Shown here in pieces: positions 50,334-64,000 of a stretch of 64,000 nucleotides of DNA (positions are counted from its first letter, which is position 1; each line of letters starts with the position of its first letter). This DNA is from Amoebidium appalachense (taxonomy: Eukaryota; Protista; Ichthyosporea). A program made the position numbers and the translations under genes. A model generated the notes under the pieces. The model was not told the DNA's origin, did no database searches, and saw only the letters and a program-made list of their open reading frames with translations. The stretch is taken from the NCBI GenBank assembly GCA_963693365.1, contig CAVNZM010000002.1:10658328-10722327 (forward strand), in the 5' to 3' direction.

Positions 50334-51300
50334 TCACTGCCAATTTTTTGGGTCGCATAGGGGATGATGTGGTTGGGAATGTTCGTTGGCAGCGGTATGC
50401 GCAACACCATCGGGGCCTTCGTTTTTGGTTGCTATCTTGTGGTTGAGGATGGTTGGCGGCAGAGGGAGTTCGTATCCGTAATCGGTCGGGCAGAAGTTTG
50501 TTGGGGGCAGAGGGCCGCGTGGTTCGTTTTGCTGCGCCCATACAGCCAATACTTCTCGATCGTATGCCCGGCCTCCCTCGGTGATTGATGCAAAATAACC
50601 TATATAATTCTGCTGCGACTTGCCTAAAACAGTTTTATCCAATCGGCGCGCTTGGTAGGGTTTGGATAAATGGTGTCCGCATGTAATGAAGGCGACACCT
50701 ATGCAACCCTCCTGCTCTGCTTCTTACTCTACTCATGTAATCACTACGAAGAAAAAAGTTTAGGCGCACCAGTTTCTCTCGTTTTCTAATGTCCAGAGCA
50801 CGTATCACATCGTCCCTTGCAAGTGCCGCTTCCACTTCTGTCGCGTAGCTCCCGCCGTAATGAAAAACACCATCCTTCGAATGCGACACTTGCCAAGGCT
50901 TTTGGATGTAATCAATATTGTAGGTTACGCCCTTGTACACTGACGATTTCGTCTTTGTTGCTTTCTTTGCCCACCACTCTTCTGCCCAATCCAAATCATC
51001 GGCTGTCGGTTTGAATTTACGCAAATTCCCGAGGTTAACATTTTTAGAATCCAGGTATTGGTGAGCCAACACCCCCTTCTGCACCAACAAATCAATGGCC
51101 AAATCCCGCAGCCGTGCAGCCGTGCGACTGTTTTCGTAGAAACCGACATACATGCTGCCTCCTATCTTTGTACACCACTTGCCCGCTTTACCATTCCAAT
51201 ATACTCCCCGGTAGTGTTGGACTGTGTCTTTCACATTTCGGGTAGCAAATGAGCGAACGGGCCCAAAGAGTGTCTGCCAGCCGCACGACCTTCCCTGCAT
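50334..51300 (-). CDS. Protein with three AP2-like DNA-binding domains (frame change near 50730)
   Basis: YRGVYWNGKAGKW...YVGFY..AARLRD; SSVYKGV...PW...GSYATEVEAALARD...LNF; and in the next frame IGV...PYQAR...YIGYFAS..GGRAYDR...TNF. Confidence 0.8.
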
Positions 51301-51911
51301 AGAGTTTTACATCAGAGATGAGAAAATGTACAGATGTTTATTCTCTTTATTTTAGACTTTAAAAAGGCATCGTAAGTGCACTTGCGGCAGCTGAGCTTTG
51401 CGATGATCATTGCCTACCCCCCCCCCCCCCCCCCCTCCCCGCCCTTCCCCTGGCCCCCTCTCTCCTTGTAAGCCCTCCCACAAACTTCACATTCGCACAA
51501 ACGGCACACCTTAGGCTGTATACCAACCCCGACACATTTAACTATAAAAATCCCCAATTAACAAACATCCACCGTTGGGTGATTGACAATGTGTTGGTGT
51601 GGCGTGTCAATATTCAGTCTGTGTTATGTGGTTGCTGGGGTTTGAATGCTATTGGCGTCACCTTTCATTCATTCATTCTTTCTTCTTTGGTTTTGGGTTT
51701 GGATGGTGGCACGCATACCTTTCTCTTTTTCCCTTTCTTTCCCCCGCCTTTTATATTTATTGATTTTCTTGCGAGTTTGTGTGCTTATGCATTTGCACAC
51801 TGGCTCTAGTGTATGTGTGTGTTTCAAAATGTGTGATTTTGTCTGTGCGTGTGTGTGCGCCTCTCTCTCTCTCTCTCTCAAATCTCTCTCTCTCTCTCTC
51901 TATCCCTCTCC

Positions 51912-52007
<96 letters not shown>

Positions 52008-52174
52008 GGGGGAGGAGGCGGAGGGGGGGGAAGCGGAAGAAGGGAGGTAAAGCACCAACTACACATACCGTTGCCACCATTCCAAAGGGAGACAACCGGC
52101 CAGGAGCAGTCTGACCGTTCTGAATGCCGAACACAGCATGTTGAGGCCCTGTGCCGACCAGGAGTGAGGCTGTA

Positions 52175-52205
<31 letters not shown>

Positions 52206-52440
52206 CACCCCAATAACCACCGCACGTACGTGGAACAACAATGTGCGAGCCGTTTGTCAACCTTGTCTGAAACCTAAAATACCCTCTTGTGTTATGTGTC
52301 TGCTCTTCTGCTTGGTGTGAATTCAGACATGCCCGTGTTTGTGTACACACAGGCACGGAACATACCAATTTAGCCCCATTGTTCACTGTGCATACATAAT
52401 GTACCCTCAATCGAGCTGATCAGAAGGGAAAACAAATGTG

Positions 52441-52482
<42 letters not shown>

Positions 52483-52835
52483 TGACTGTGTGTGTGCGCG
52501 CGTGCATGTGTGTGCGTGCGTGTGTGCACGCGCGTGTGTGTCTGTGTATGTGTGGGTGTGTGTGTGTAGGCAGGAGAGGAGGGGCAGGGAGAGAAAGCAA
52601 GCCCTAACGCGTGTGCACTGGCGACCATGTATGTATTCGTGTAGTACACATACATATATTCCCTTTGCCCCACGAACTCCTTGAATCTTTTATAACTTTC
52701 GTCCAGCCCTCCCCCCCCTCCCCTCCCACACACACACCAAAAAAAAAAAAAAAAAAAAAAAAAAATAACCCCTGGGGCCCTGCCCCATCCTGTTCCCCAT
52801 TAACACTTTAAACAGGGCCGTCACAGAGGTGGACA

Positions 52836-52868
<33 letters not shown>

Positions 52869-53888
52869 AGGGGGGGGGAGGGGGGAGCAGCAGGTAAACG
52901 GGCTTCCGAAGAGAGACGGGGCAGACAAAGAACGGTACATCTTCGACACCTTTTCTCGATACAGCGGAGCCCCGAGATGTATACTCGAGCCTTCGGAAAC
53001 AAAATGGGCCCAAAGGTTGAAGTTGAAGCTGCCATGCCAAACAGAGACACATCTATCACACCACAACCACATACCTCTCCCTTGGGCCAGGGCATGTAGT
53101 GACCGTGTGCCCACCGACAGGACGGGGTTGAAAGTGACGTAGCCCATGCAAGTGGATTGGTTGCTGGTGACTGCAGCAAACCGTACAGGCTGTAGGTGTA
53201 CAAGTGAGCAAAGTAAGTAAAGTAAGTCAAGTAAGTCAAGTAAGTAAAGTAAGTTGAGTAAACCAACTAGGAACCACAGAGTGTGAGTGCATGGATGAGG
53301 GTGGTGCCTTCTGCACAGGCACACACGAATGTCCTGTCAGAGATGTGCGAGCATAGACCAGCATGAGAGCAACTGCAATTTTGTTCACGTTGCCTTTTCC
53401 ATGAGGATGGAGCCATGCAGCCATTCTCTCCAAACAAGTTTCTGCCCAGGAGGGAGGCTGGATATGAGTAATGAAGTGGGAGAAGCGGGGTGCGGGCGGA
53501 AACGTAAGGTGTGTGTGTGTCTGGGTCTCTCTCTCTCTCTCTCCCTCCCTCCCCCCTCTCCCTCTCTCTTTCACCCTCTCTCTCTCTCTCTCTCTCTCAC
53601 TCTCTCTCTCCCTCCCTCCCTCCCTCTCTCTCTCTCCCTCCCCTCTCCCTCTCTTTCGCCCCCTCCCTCTCTCTCACACACACACACACTCCCCCCCCCC
53701 CCCCCCTCTTTCTCTCTCTCTCTTCCCCTCACTCCCATTTCTTTTTTTAGGGGCGTGGGGTGTGGGGGGAGGCGGAAAAGGGGGAGGGAGGCAGGCTCTA
53801 CCTAACTCTCTCTCTCTCTGTCCCCCCCCCCCCCCCCTCCCTTTCTTTTTTTAGGGGGTGTGCGGTGGGGGGGGGGGAGGGGGGAAGG

Positions 53889-53941
<53 letters not shown>

Positions 53942-53993
53942 GCTCTTTCTCTCTATCTTCTTCTTATTCTTCTTCTTCTTCTCCTTTTTTTCT

Positions 53994-54035
<42 letters not shown>

Positions 54036-54038
54036 GGT

Positions 54039-54081
<43 letters not shown>

Positions 54082-54967
54082 GGGGGGGGGGGGGGGGATG
54101 GATACCTCTCCCACCGAGGTTGCTGGTTTAGTTCCCGAGACAGCCACTCGAACCAACCTCCTGGTCCACATCCTCCCAGACGACAGACAAACAAGCAAAC
54201 AAAGAGTATCTGCAAAAAAGAACAACATATTAGTCACAGACCAAAAGCCTGCCAAAAGTTGCCTTTTATGTCTGAAAGCAAGTGAGACACCAAGCCATAT
54301 GTGCTGCACGTTGAAATAATTTCCACGGTGTTGCATTATTCCTCGTAACCTTCTCCTCAGGGTGATACTTATTTCGTCTGGGACCCCCCTTCCCCCCTCC
54401 CCTCCCCTCCCCCCCCTCCTCCCCCCCTCCCCACCCCTCCCTTCCCTCTCGATCCCGACTCTTTCCCTACCGGCACAACACTAGGTACCTACAAGGCTCT
54501 TCAACATCATGCACCCCCCCCCCCCCCCCCCCCACCCACCCACCCACCCACCCACGCCCTCCTCCTCCCCTCCCCCCTCCCCCAGTCCCTGCCTACCAAA
54601 TCTACCCGCGCCTGCCATCAACGGGCTTGGTTCTGCCTCCACCAGCAAAAAGCAAAATAGCGTGTTCGGACAAGAGATAACACACGAACAACAAGTTCCC
54701 AGGGTTAACTAAAATAGGGCTGAAAGATTCTAGCTTTTTTGTGAGAATGGAAATGGAACAAAGAGTTGTGCGGGCAACATGATGGCAGAGGCAAAGAAAT
54801 CATGCATGCATTGTGTTTGTGGGTGGAAGGAGCGGAAAAAAGCGGGAGTTGGAGAAAGGAGCGGAGGGGTAGGGGAGAGAGAGGACGGAGGGTGTGCAAG
54901 GGGGGGGGGGAGGGGGAGGAGGAGGGGGGGGGGGGGGGGGAGGGGGGGAGGGAGGGGGGGGGGGGAG

Positions 54968-55007
<40 letters not shown>

Positions 55008-55284
55008 CAGGCTCTTACGGTTCAGTATGTCGAAGCTCACACATGTGGTCACTTGTACAGTACTCTGCTAGCTCAACACAAATAATGCGCTGGTTTTCCG
55101 GGCGGCCTTGGCCATGTTTGGGGTTCGGTGGTGATGGCTTATCTAGCGTCATTCCTATTGGTAGAAGAAAAATGGCGGGAAAATGTGACTCGTGAGCCCT
55201 CCTCACGTCTGCACGGCGGCGAACTTCGAAAGGGCTGGTTCGATCGACTGCAGACAGACCCGTTTGCTTTGCGCCGCCCGGGTA

Positions 55285-59081
<3,797 letters not shown>

Positions 59082-59283
59082 TACAGTACAGAACGGAAAC
59101 ATGCATATTCCAAACGCGTGATCGGTTTGTTTGGCTTGCATATGATAGTTTCAGTTTGAAGGCCAGCTGTAGAAAAACACGGGTTTCAGCAAGCAGGCAA
59201 CGAGAATGATGCATACACAAATACTATGTGACACACAGAATCCGAAGAGAAAGAAAGGTAGAGGCAGGCAGAGGTGTGTGTGT

Positions 59284-59335
<52 letters not shown>

Positions 59336-59411
59336 GTGAGAGAGAGAAATCCTCGGGAGGGGGGAGGGGGAGAGAGAGAGAGAGAGAGAGAGGGAGAAAG
59401 GGGAAGAGAGA

Positions 59412-59452
<41 letters not shown>

Positions 59453-59654
59453 GGGAGAGAGAGAGGGCATGCCTAGTACTCGAGGGTTACCATATCTGTC
59501 GGCGTGTACACACACATGCACATACACACAAACACTCGAATGCACACACACGCTTGTACTGTACACATACATAATAACTTTGAAAGATTTCAAAAACTAT
59601 ATAGGTGGTCCGGTTCCCTGGGAATGAGGAGGAGGAGGAGGATCCGGAAGAAAA

Positions 59655-59704
<50 letters not shown>

Positions 59705-60519
59705 GAGGCAGCGAAATCGATTATCGATCACTATCGATACTAGCTGCATAAGCGGGGCCAATGTTTTCGTCGGGACACCAACAAAAGGCTGCAGCAGATT
59801 TAATAATGATAATGTTATTATTAATTGGTAGGTGCCGCGAACGTGCCGCGAACGGCTTAACCCACATTGATCCACACATACGTGCTGTTTTTCACGGGGC
59901 GAAGACTTCCCCCGTTTTTTGGGCACAAGGACCTCACGGATCAATAATTGATGACTGGGCGCTTGCCGTGGTTTACAACCATTGCAGGTTCACTTTCGTC
60001 CAAGGGGATGTTCCCCTAGAGGCAACACACGTCCCGGAGTAGTTTTTCATAGAAATACACAAGGAGAAAAAAAGCACCTTTAAAACGCAAACTCAAAAAC
60101 CAACTTTTGACAGACATTAAATATATGTTTGTTTTGTTGTTTCTTCTTTTGCTACCGTGTGACAGCCACAAAGGAAATGTGAAGGTCACCTGATGTGGCG
60201 TACACTCGCATGAGCGCGGTAAAACATTTCCAGCTTGGCTCGAAACCAGGGTTGACCAGTTCACCAGTTGCGGGTCGTCCGAAGCCTATGTGTGGGCGGC
60301 TTAGCCTGGAATCTGGAATCGCTCCGGCAGCGCCAAAGAGATGAGTGTAGCACTGCGACTTGCCACGGCCGTCAGACTCTTCCTTAACATTTTGTTGTAG
60401 GTGCCTAATTTGATGTAGAACCTGGACCCTGCACATGTTGTGGTGACGGTGGTTGCAGTAACACTGCAACGCACAAACCAGCCAGTGGCAGCCACTCACA
60501 ACAAAAAGTCAAAAGCAGC

Positions 60520-60700
60520 TGCAGGTTTTTTGTGCCAGTAGCCGGCAAACCAAATACTCGGTGCAGGTTTTACATGCCAGTAGCCGGTAAACCAAGTACT
60601 CGGTGCAGGTTTTACATGCCAGTAGCCGGTAAACCAAATACTCGGTGCAGGTTTTACATGCCAGTAGCCGGTAAACCAAATACTCGATACAGGTTTTTGT
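60520..60700. repeat. 42-bp tandem repeat x4
   Basis: TGCAGGTTTTACATGCCAGTAGCCGGTAAACCAAATACTCGG units. Confidence 0.9.
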
Positions 60701-61382
60701 TGACTAGAGGTTAGATCTTTATATGGTGAGGTTTCCTGAATCAGCCAATAAAAAACCTGCAGCATTTGACGACTAGAATTCTTGGGAGGCCGCTTCACCG
60801 AATGTTGCCAGAGTCAAGCTGTTATTTTTCTTGTTTCACCATCATCATCAACGGGGTTTAAGTTGCTGGCTGTGGGGCTAGGTTCTCCTCGCATAAAAAG
60901 CTAAAGAATCAAGCGGGGCGAAAAGAAAAGGCAGTATGACCATTTACTTTATATGGTGGCCATGCTGTATTAATAATTTATTTGGCTGATTAGACAAGCC
61001 TGCTGCTGCCTGAACAACTAACTACAGGGCCGAGGCAATCAGTGCCTTGATGTGGGCCAACACGCAATGGCCCTGGCCTACCCATTGTCATGTTGTGTGC
61101 CTTGACACAACATGATGGCGGGTGGCCAATCGACCAACCCCAACACAAGAAAACCCATGAATAGCACACATTGGCTGTAGTATGGTGTGCCCAGTGTATT
61201 CATGTTTTTTGTGAACATACGTGTGCCCCCAGGGGCGTATGTAATGGCAGTTTCAGTGGATAGGCCATACACTCCAGTAAGGCGATGCTTTGCCTGTGGC
61301 ACCTTGTCTTATTGTATAACATACGAGCAAAAACCAATGGCATATCTTGAGTGCCAGGCCCAAGTACAGGCCCACAGCATGC

Positions 61383-61660
61383 CTAGCGCCTGTACTGGGC
61401 CTTTCTGATGCCCGTCAGCTTGCCCCGCTCTCTGTCCAATTCGGCCTCCAGCTGCAGGATGCGCACCTGCACCCTCACTCGTCAGAAGCCAACTCCCCCA
61501 CCTCCCAAACACACATGGATCCCCCCTCCCCCCACACACACCACCCCCACCACCACACACACACTGACAACACACGTGGATTTCCATTTTTCTTTCTCCC
61601 CCCTTCCCCCCCCCCCCCCCCCCTCTTCCCCACACCCTCGAACACAAACATCAATCTCCA

Positions 61661-61691
<31 letters not shown>

Positions 61692-62991
61692 ACACACACA
61701 CCACTCTATCCACCAATCCCTCCCAAAGTTTACCCTCCCCCCTCTCCCCCCCTCCCACACACACATCCCACAGGCACACACATCGATCTCTCCCTCACCC
61801 CCCCCCCCACCCACCCACCAACACACATCCCTCCCCATCGCCCAAAACACATTAATTTCCATCTCTCCCTCTCCTCCCCCTACCACACACACACACACCT
61901 GGGCCTACATCCCCCCCCTCCCCCCCCCCCCAACCAACCAACCAAACCACAAACACACACACCTGGACCTACATCTCCCCCCCGCCCCCCCCTTCCCCCC
62001 CACCCTCCACACCCACACACCTGGATCTCCATCTCCAGGCGCTTGCTCTGCAGTGCACTCATGTTGAATGATGCTGCTCCAGATCCCCGCCGTCCAGCCC
62101 CAGCCCCCTCCTCCTTCTGCTGCCATTCTGCCCTCCCACCCTCAGCCCCTGCCTGCCCCCCCCCCCCCCCCCCCCCCCCCCCTGCCGGTGTGCGCCTACC
62201 CGCACAGGCCAGCTGGTGGGCGTCCTGGGCCACCTTGACCAGGGCCCGTGCGCCCTCGCTCACTTCCTTGCTGGCGCGCTCCAGTGCCTGCTGCTCAGCA
62301 CTGGCCTCCCCAGGCGCCCCCTTGACCCGTGACGCTGCCACCCGCCCATTCAGCCAAACCCTCCCACCCATCTGCCCCCCACATACCTCGTGCAGCCCCC
62401 ACCCACATGCACAAGACGCCATGCTTCAAATGCCAACGCTAAGGTCGATAACAGTTGAGAGTAATGAGCATGCCTTGGTGGTGTGGTGTGGACCCCACTC
62501 TCCATGGCACACTAGTGAAATTGTGTATTAGTTACATTTTCTTCCACGTGTAGGTACGTCACCCGTACCCGCTGCGTAGGAACACATAAATCCAAAACAC
62601 GTCATGAAGCAATCTGAACTCAAACAGCAACCGACAGCACAGCCCAAGCATGCTAGCCCCACACCTCAGACCATTGTTGCGCACCTGTGACCAGCTGGGC
62701 CACACTGGCTGCCACCTCCCTCGAGGCCACGACCAGCTGCTCGACCCTGCCCTCGGGCACAGGCCCAGCAGCATGCAGCGCCCTCAGGGCCTCCTCGGTG
62801 CTGTCGACCAGCACCGTGGCCCCCCAGCCCACGGCCTTGGCCGCACTGACCAGGCCCTCCCCCCACCGGTGGTCCTTCTTGTAGAATGACCGCTCGGTCC
62901 CCTTCTCCTCCCCGCCTCCCGTCTGCTCCCTAGTCAGCCCCCTTTCCTCCCTCCCTCCCCCCTCTCCCCCCCCCTCCCCTCCCCCCCCCCC

Positions 62992-63025
<34 letters not shown>

Positions 63026-63179
63026 CCCCACCTGCATCTGCACGGCAGCGGCCGCAGTTACGAGGGCATGGATGTGGTCCATCAGCCGCCCACAGCCCTC
63101 CAGCAGGCCCTCGTCCATGTCCCAGCCCACCCCTGCAGCCCCCAACACTCACTGCCCACCCCGGCAGCCACTAACACTC

Positions 63180-63215
<36 letters not shown>

Positions 63216-64000
63216 AACACACACACACACACACACACCACCACCGCATATCCCCCCCCCCCCCCCCCCCCCCAACACTCACACCACCGCCGCATATCCC
63301 CCCCAACCCACCGGTCTGGGCCTGCTTTGCCGTCTCCAGCATGGCCTCGATCCTGCGGGCGGCCTGGCTGACTGCCGTGGCCGTGCTGTCCATCTCACGC
63401 ACCACCGTGCGCACCTGGCACCAGAGTCAACCCCACATGCTACTACTGTACACCCACCACCACCACGCATGCACGCACACGCACGCACACACGCACACGC
63501 ACACACGCACGCACGCACGCACGCACGCACACACGCACGCACGCACGCACACACACACACACACACACCTGCTGCTGCTGCCTCTGCTGGGCGCCCAGGT
63601 GTTCGGTCGTGCTGGCCTGCAGCTCCTGTGGCCCCCAGTCAGCAGCCAGCCCTGGGCCCGACACCACCAGGCTGGACTTCGGCCCCCAGCCTAGGCACAG
63701 CACACACACACACGTCATGTCTGCACGTGCATAGACTTGGAAATGCAATGATGCAATGTCTGGTGCACACAACGCTTGCAATGCATCGACGCTTCACCTG
63801 TGCCTGTGTGCATGCACACACAAGTGCCGGTGAACACAAGCACGTGCCTGCAGGATTGCCGTCACGGCCTCTGCCTGGTCCTTGAGCCGCTGCCTGATGT
63901 CTGCCCCCCATGTTAGCCCACACGTGCATCCGCCCATGTTAGCCCACACGTATGGTGCGTGTCACGATCCCACTAACACAAATGCCCGCGCAACCAAAAA
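61383..64000 (-). CDS. 3' exons of a HIP1/HIP1R/Sla2-type endocytic adaptor (I/LWEQ actin-binding domain); 5' part outside the window
   Basis: GT-AG exons at about 63570-63690, 63312-63414, 63032-63132, 62685-62922, 62200-62334, 62021-62150 and 61383-61466. They translate to EMDSTATAVSQAARRIEAML, FYKKDHRWGEGLVSAAKAVGWGATVLV, QLVVASREVAASVAQLVTASRVK and KRLEMEIQVRILQLEAELDRERGKLTGIRKAQY. Confidence 0.88.

Noticed and set aside
60496-60798. Repeat protein with WFTGYWHVKPAPSI units
   Set aside because: A 42-bp minisatellite that is open on both strands, with no other coding evidence.

Overview
Eukaryotic, repeat-rich window. A spliced HIP1/Sla2-type I/LWEQ gene at the right edge points to an opisthokont or amoebozoan-type host rather than a plant or alga. 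Positions 1-31.5 kb are a nested cluster of one tyrosine-recombinase (YR) retrotransposon family with Gag-like, RT/RNase H and YR ORFs and split direct repeats (A1-ORFs-B1-A2-spacer-B2). The cluster holds one near-intact copy (10771-16388, minus strand), decayed copies, a diverged sister subfamily, a ~0.54-kb non-coding mini-element with the same end motifs, a 600-bp solo LTR, a ~3-kb inverted duplication and a ~6.08-kb tandem duplication. A Myb/SANT ORF with a Harbinger-like end follows. Positions 34784-60053 appear to be a single Ngaro-like YR retroelement stretched to ~25 kb. Its gag is split by a 9.8-kb insertion carrying tandem arrays, and its A2-B2 interval (~11 kb) holds an antisense triple-AP2-domain ORF and a 3.8-kb TIR element. 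All calls come from reading the sequence by eye; no database search was run.
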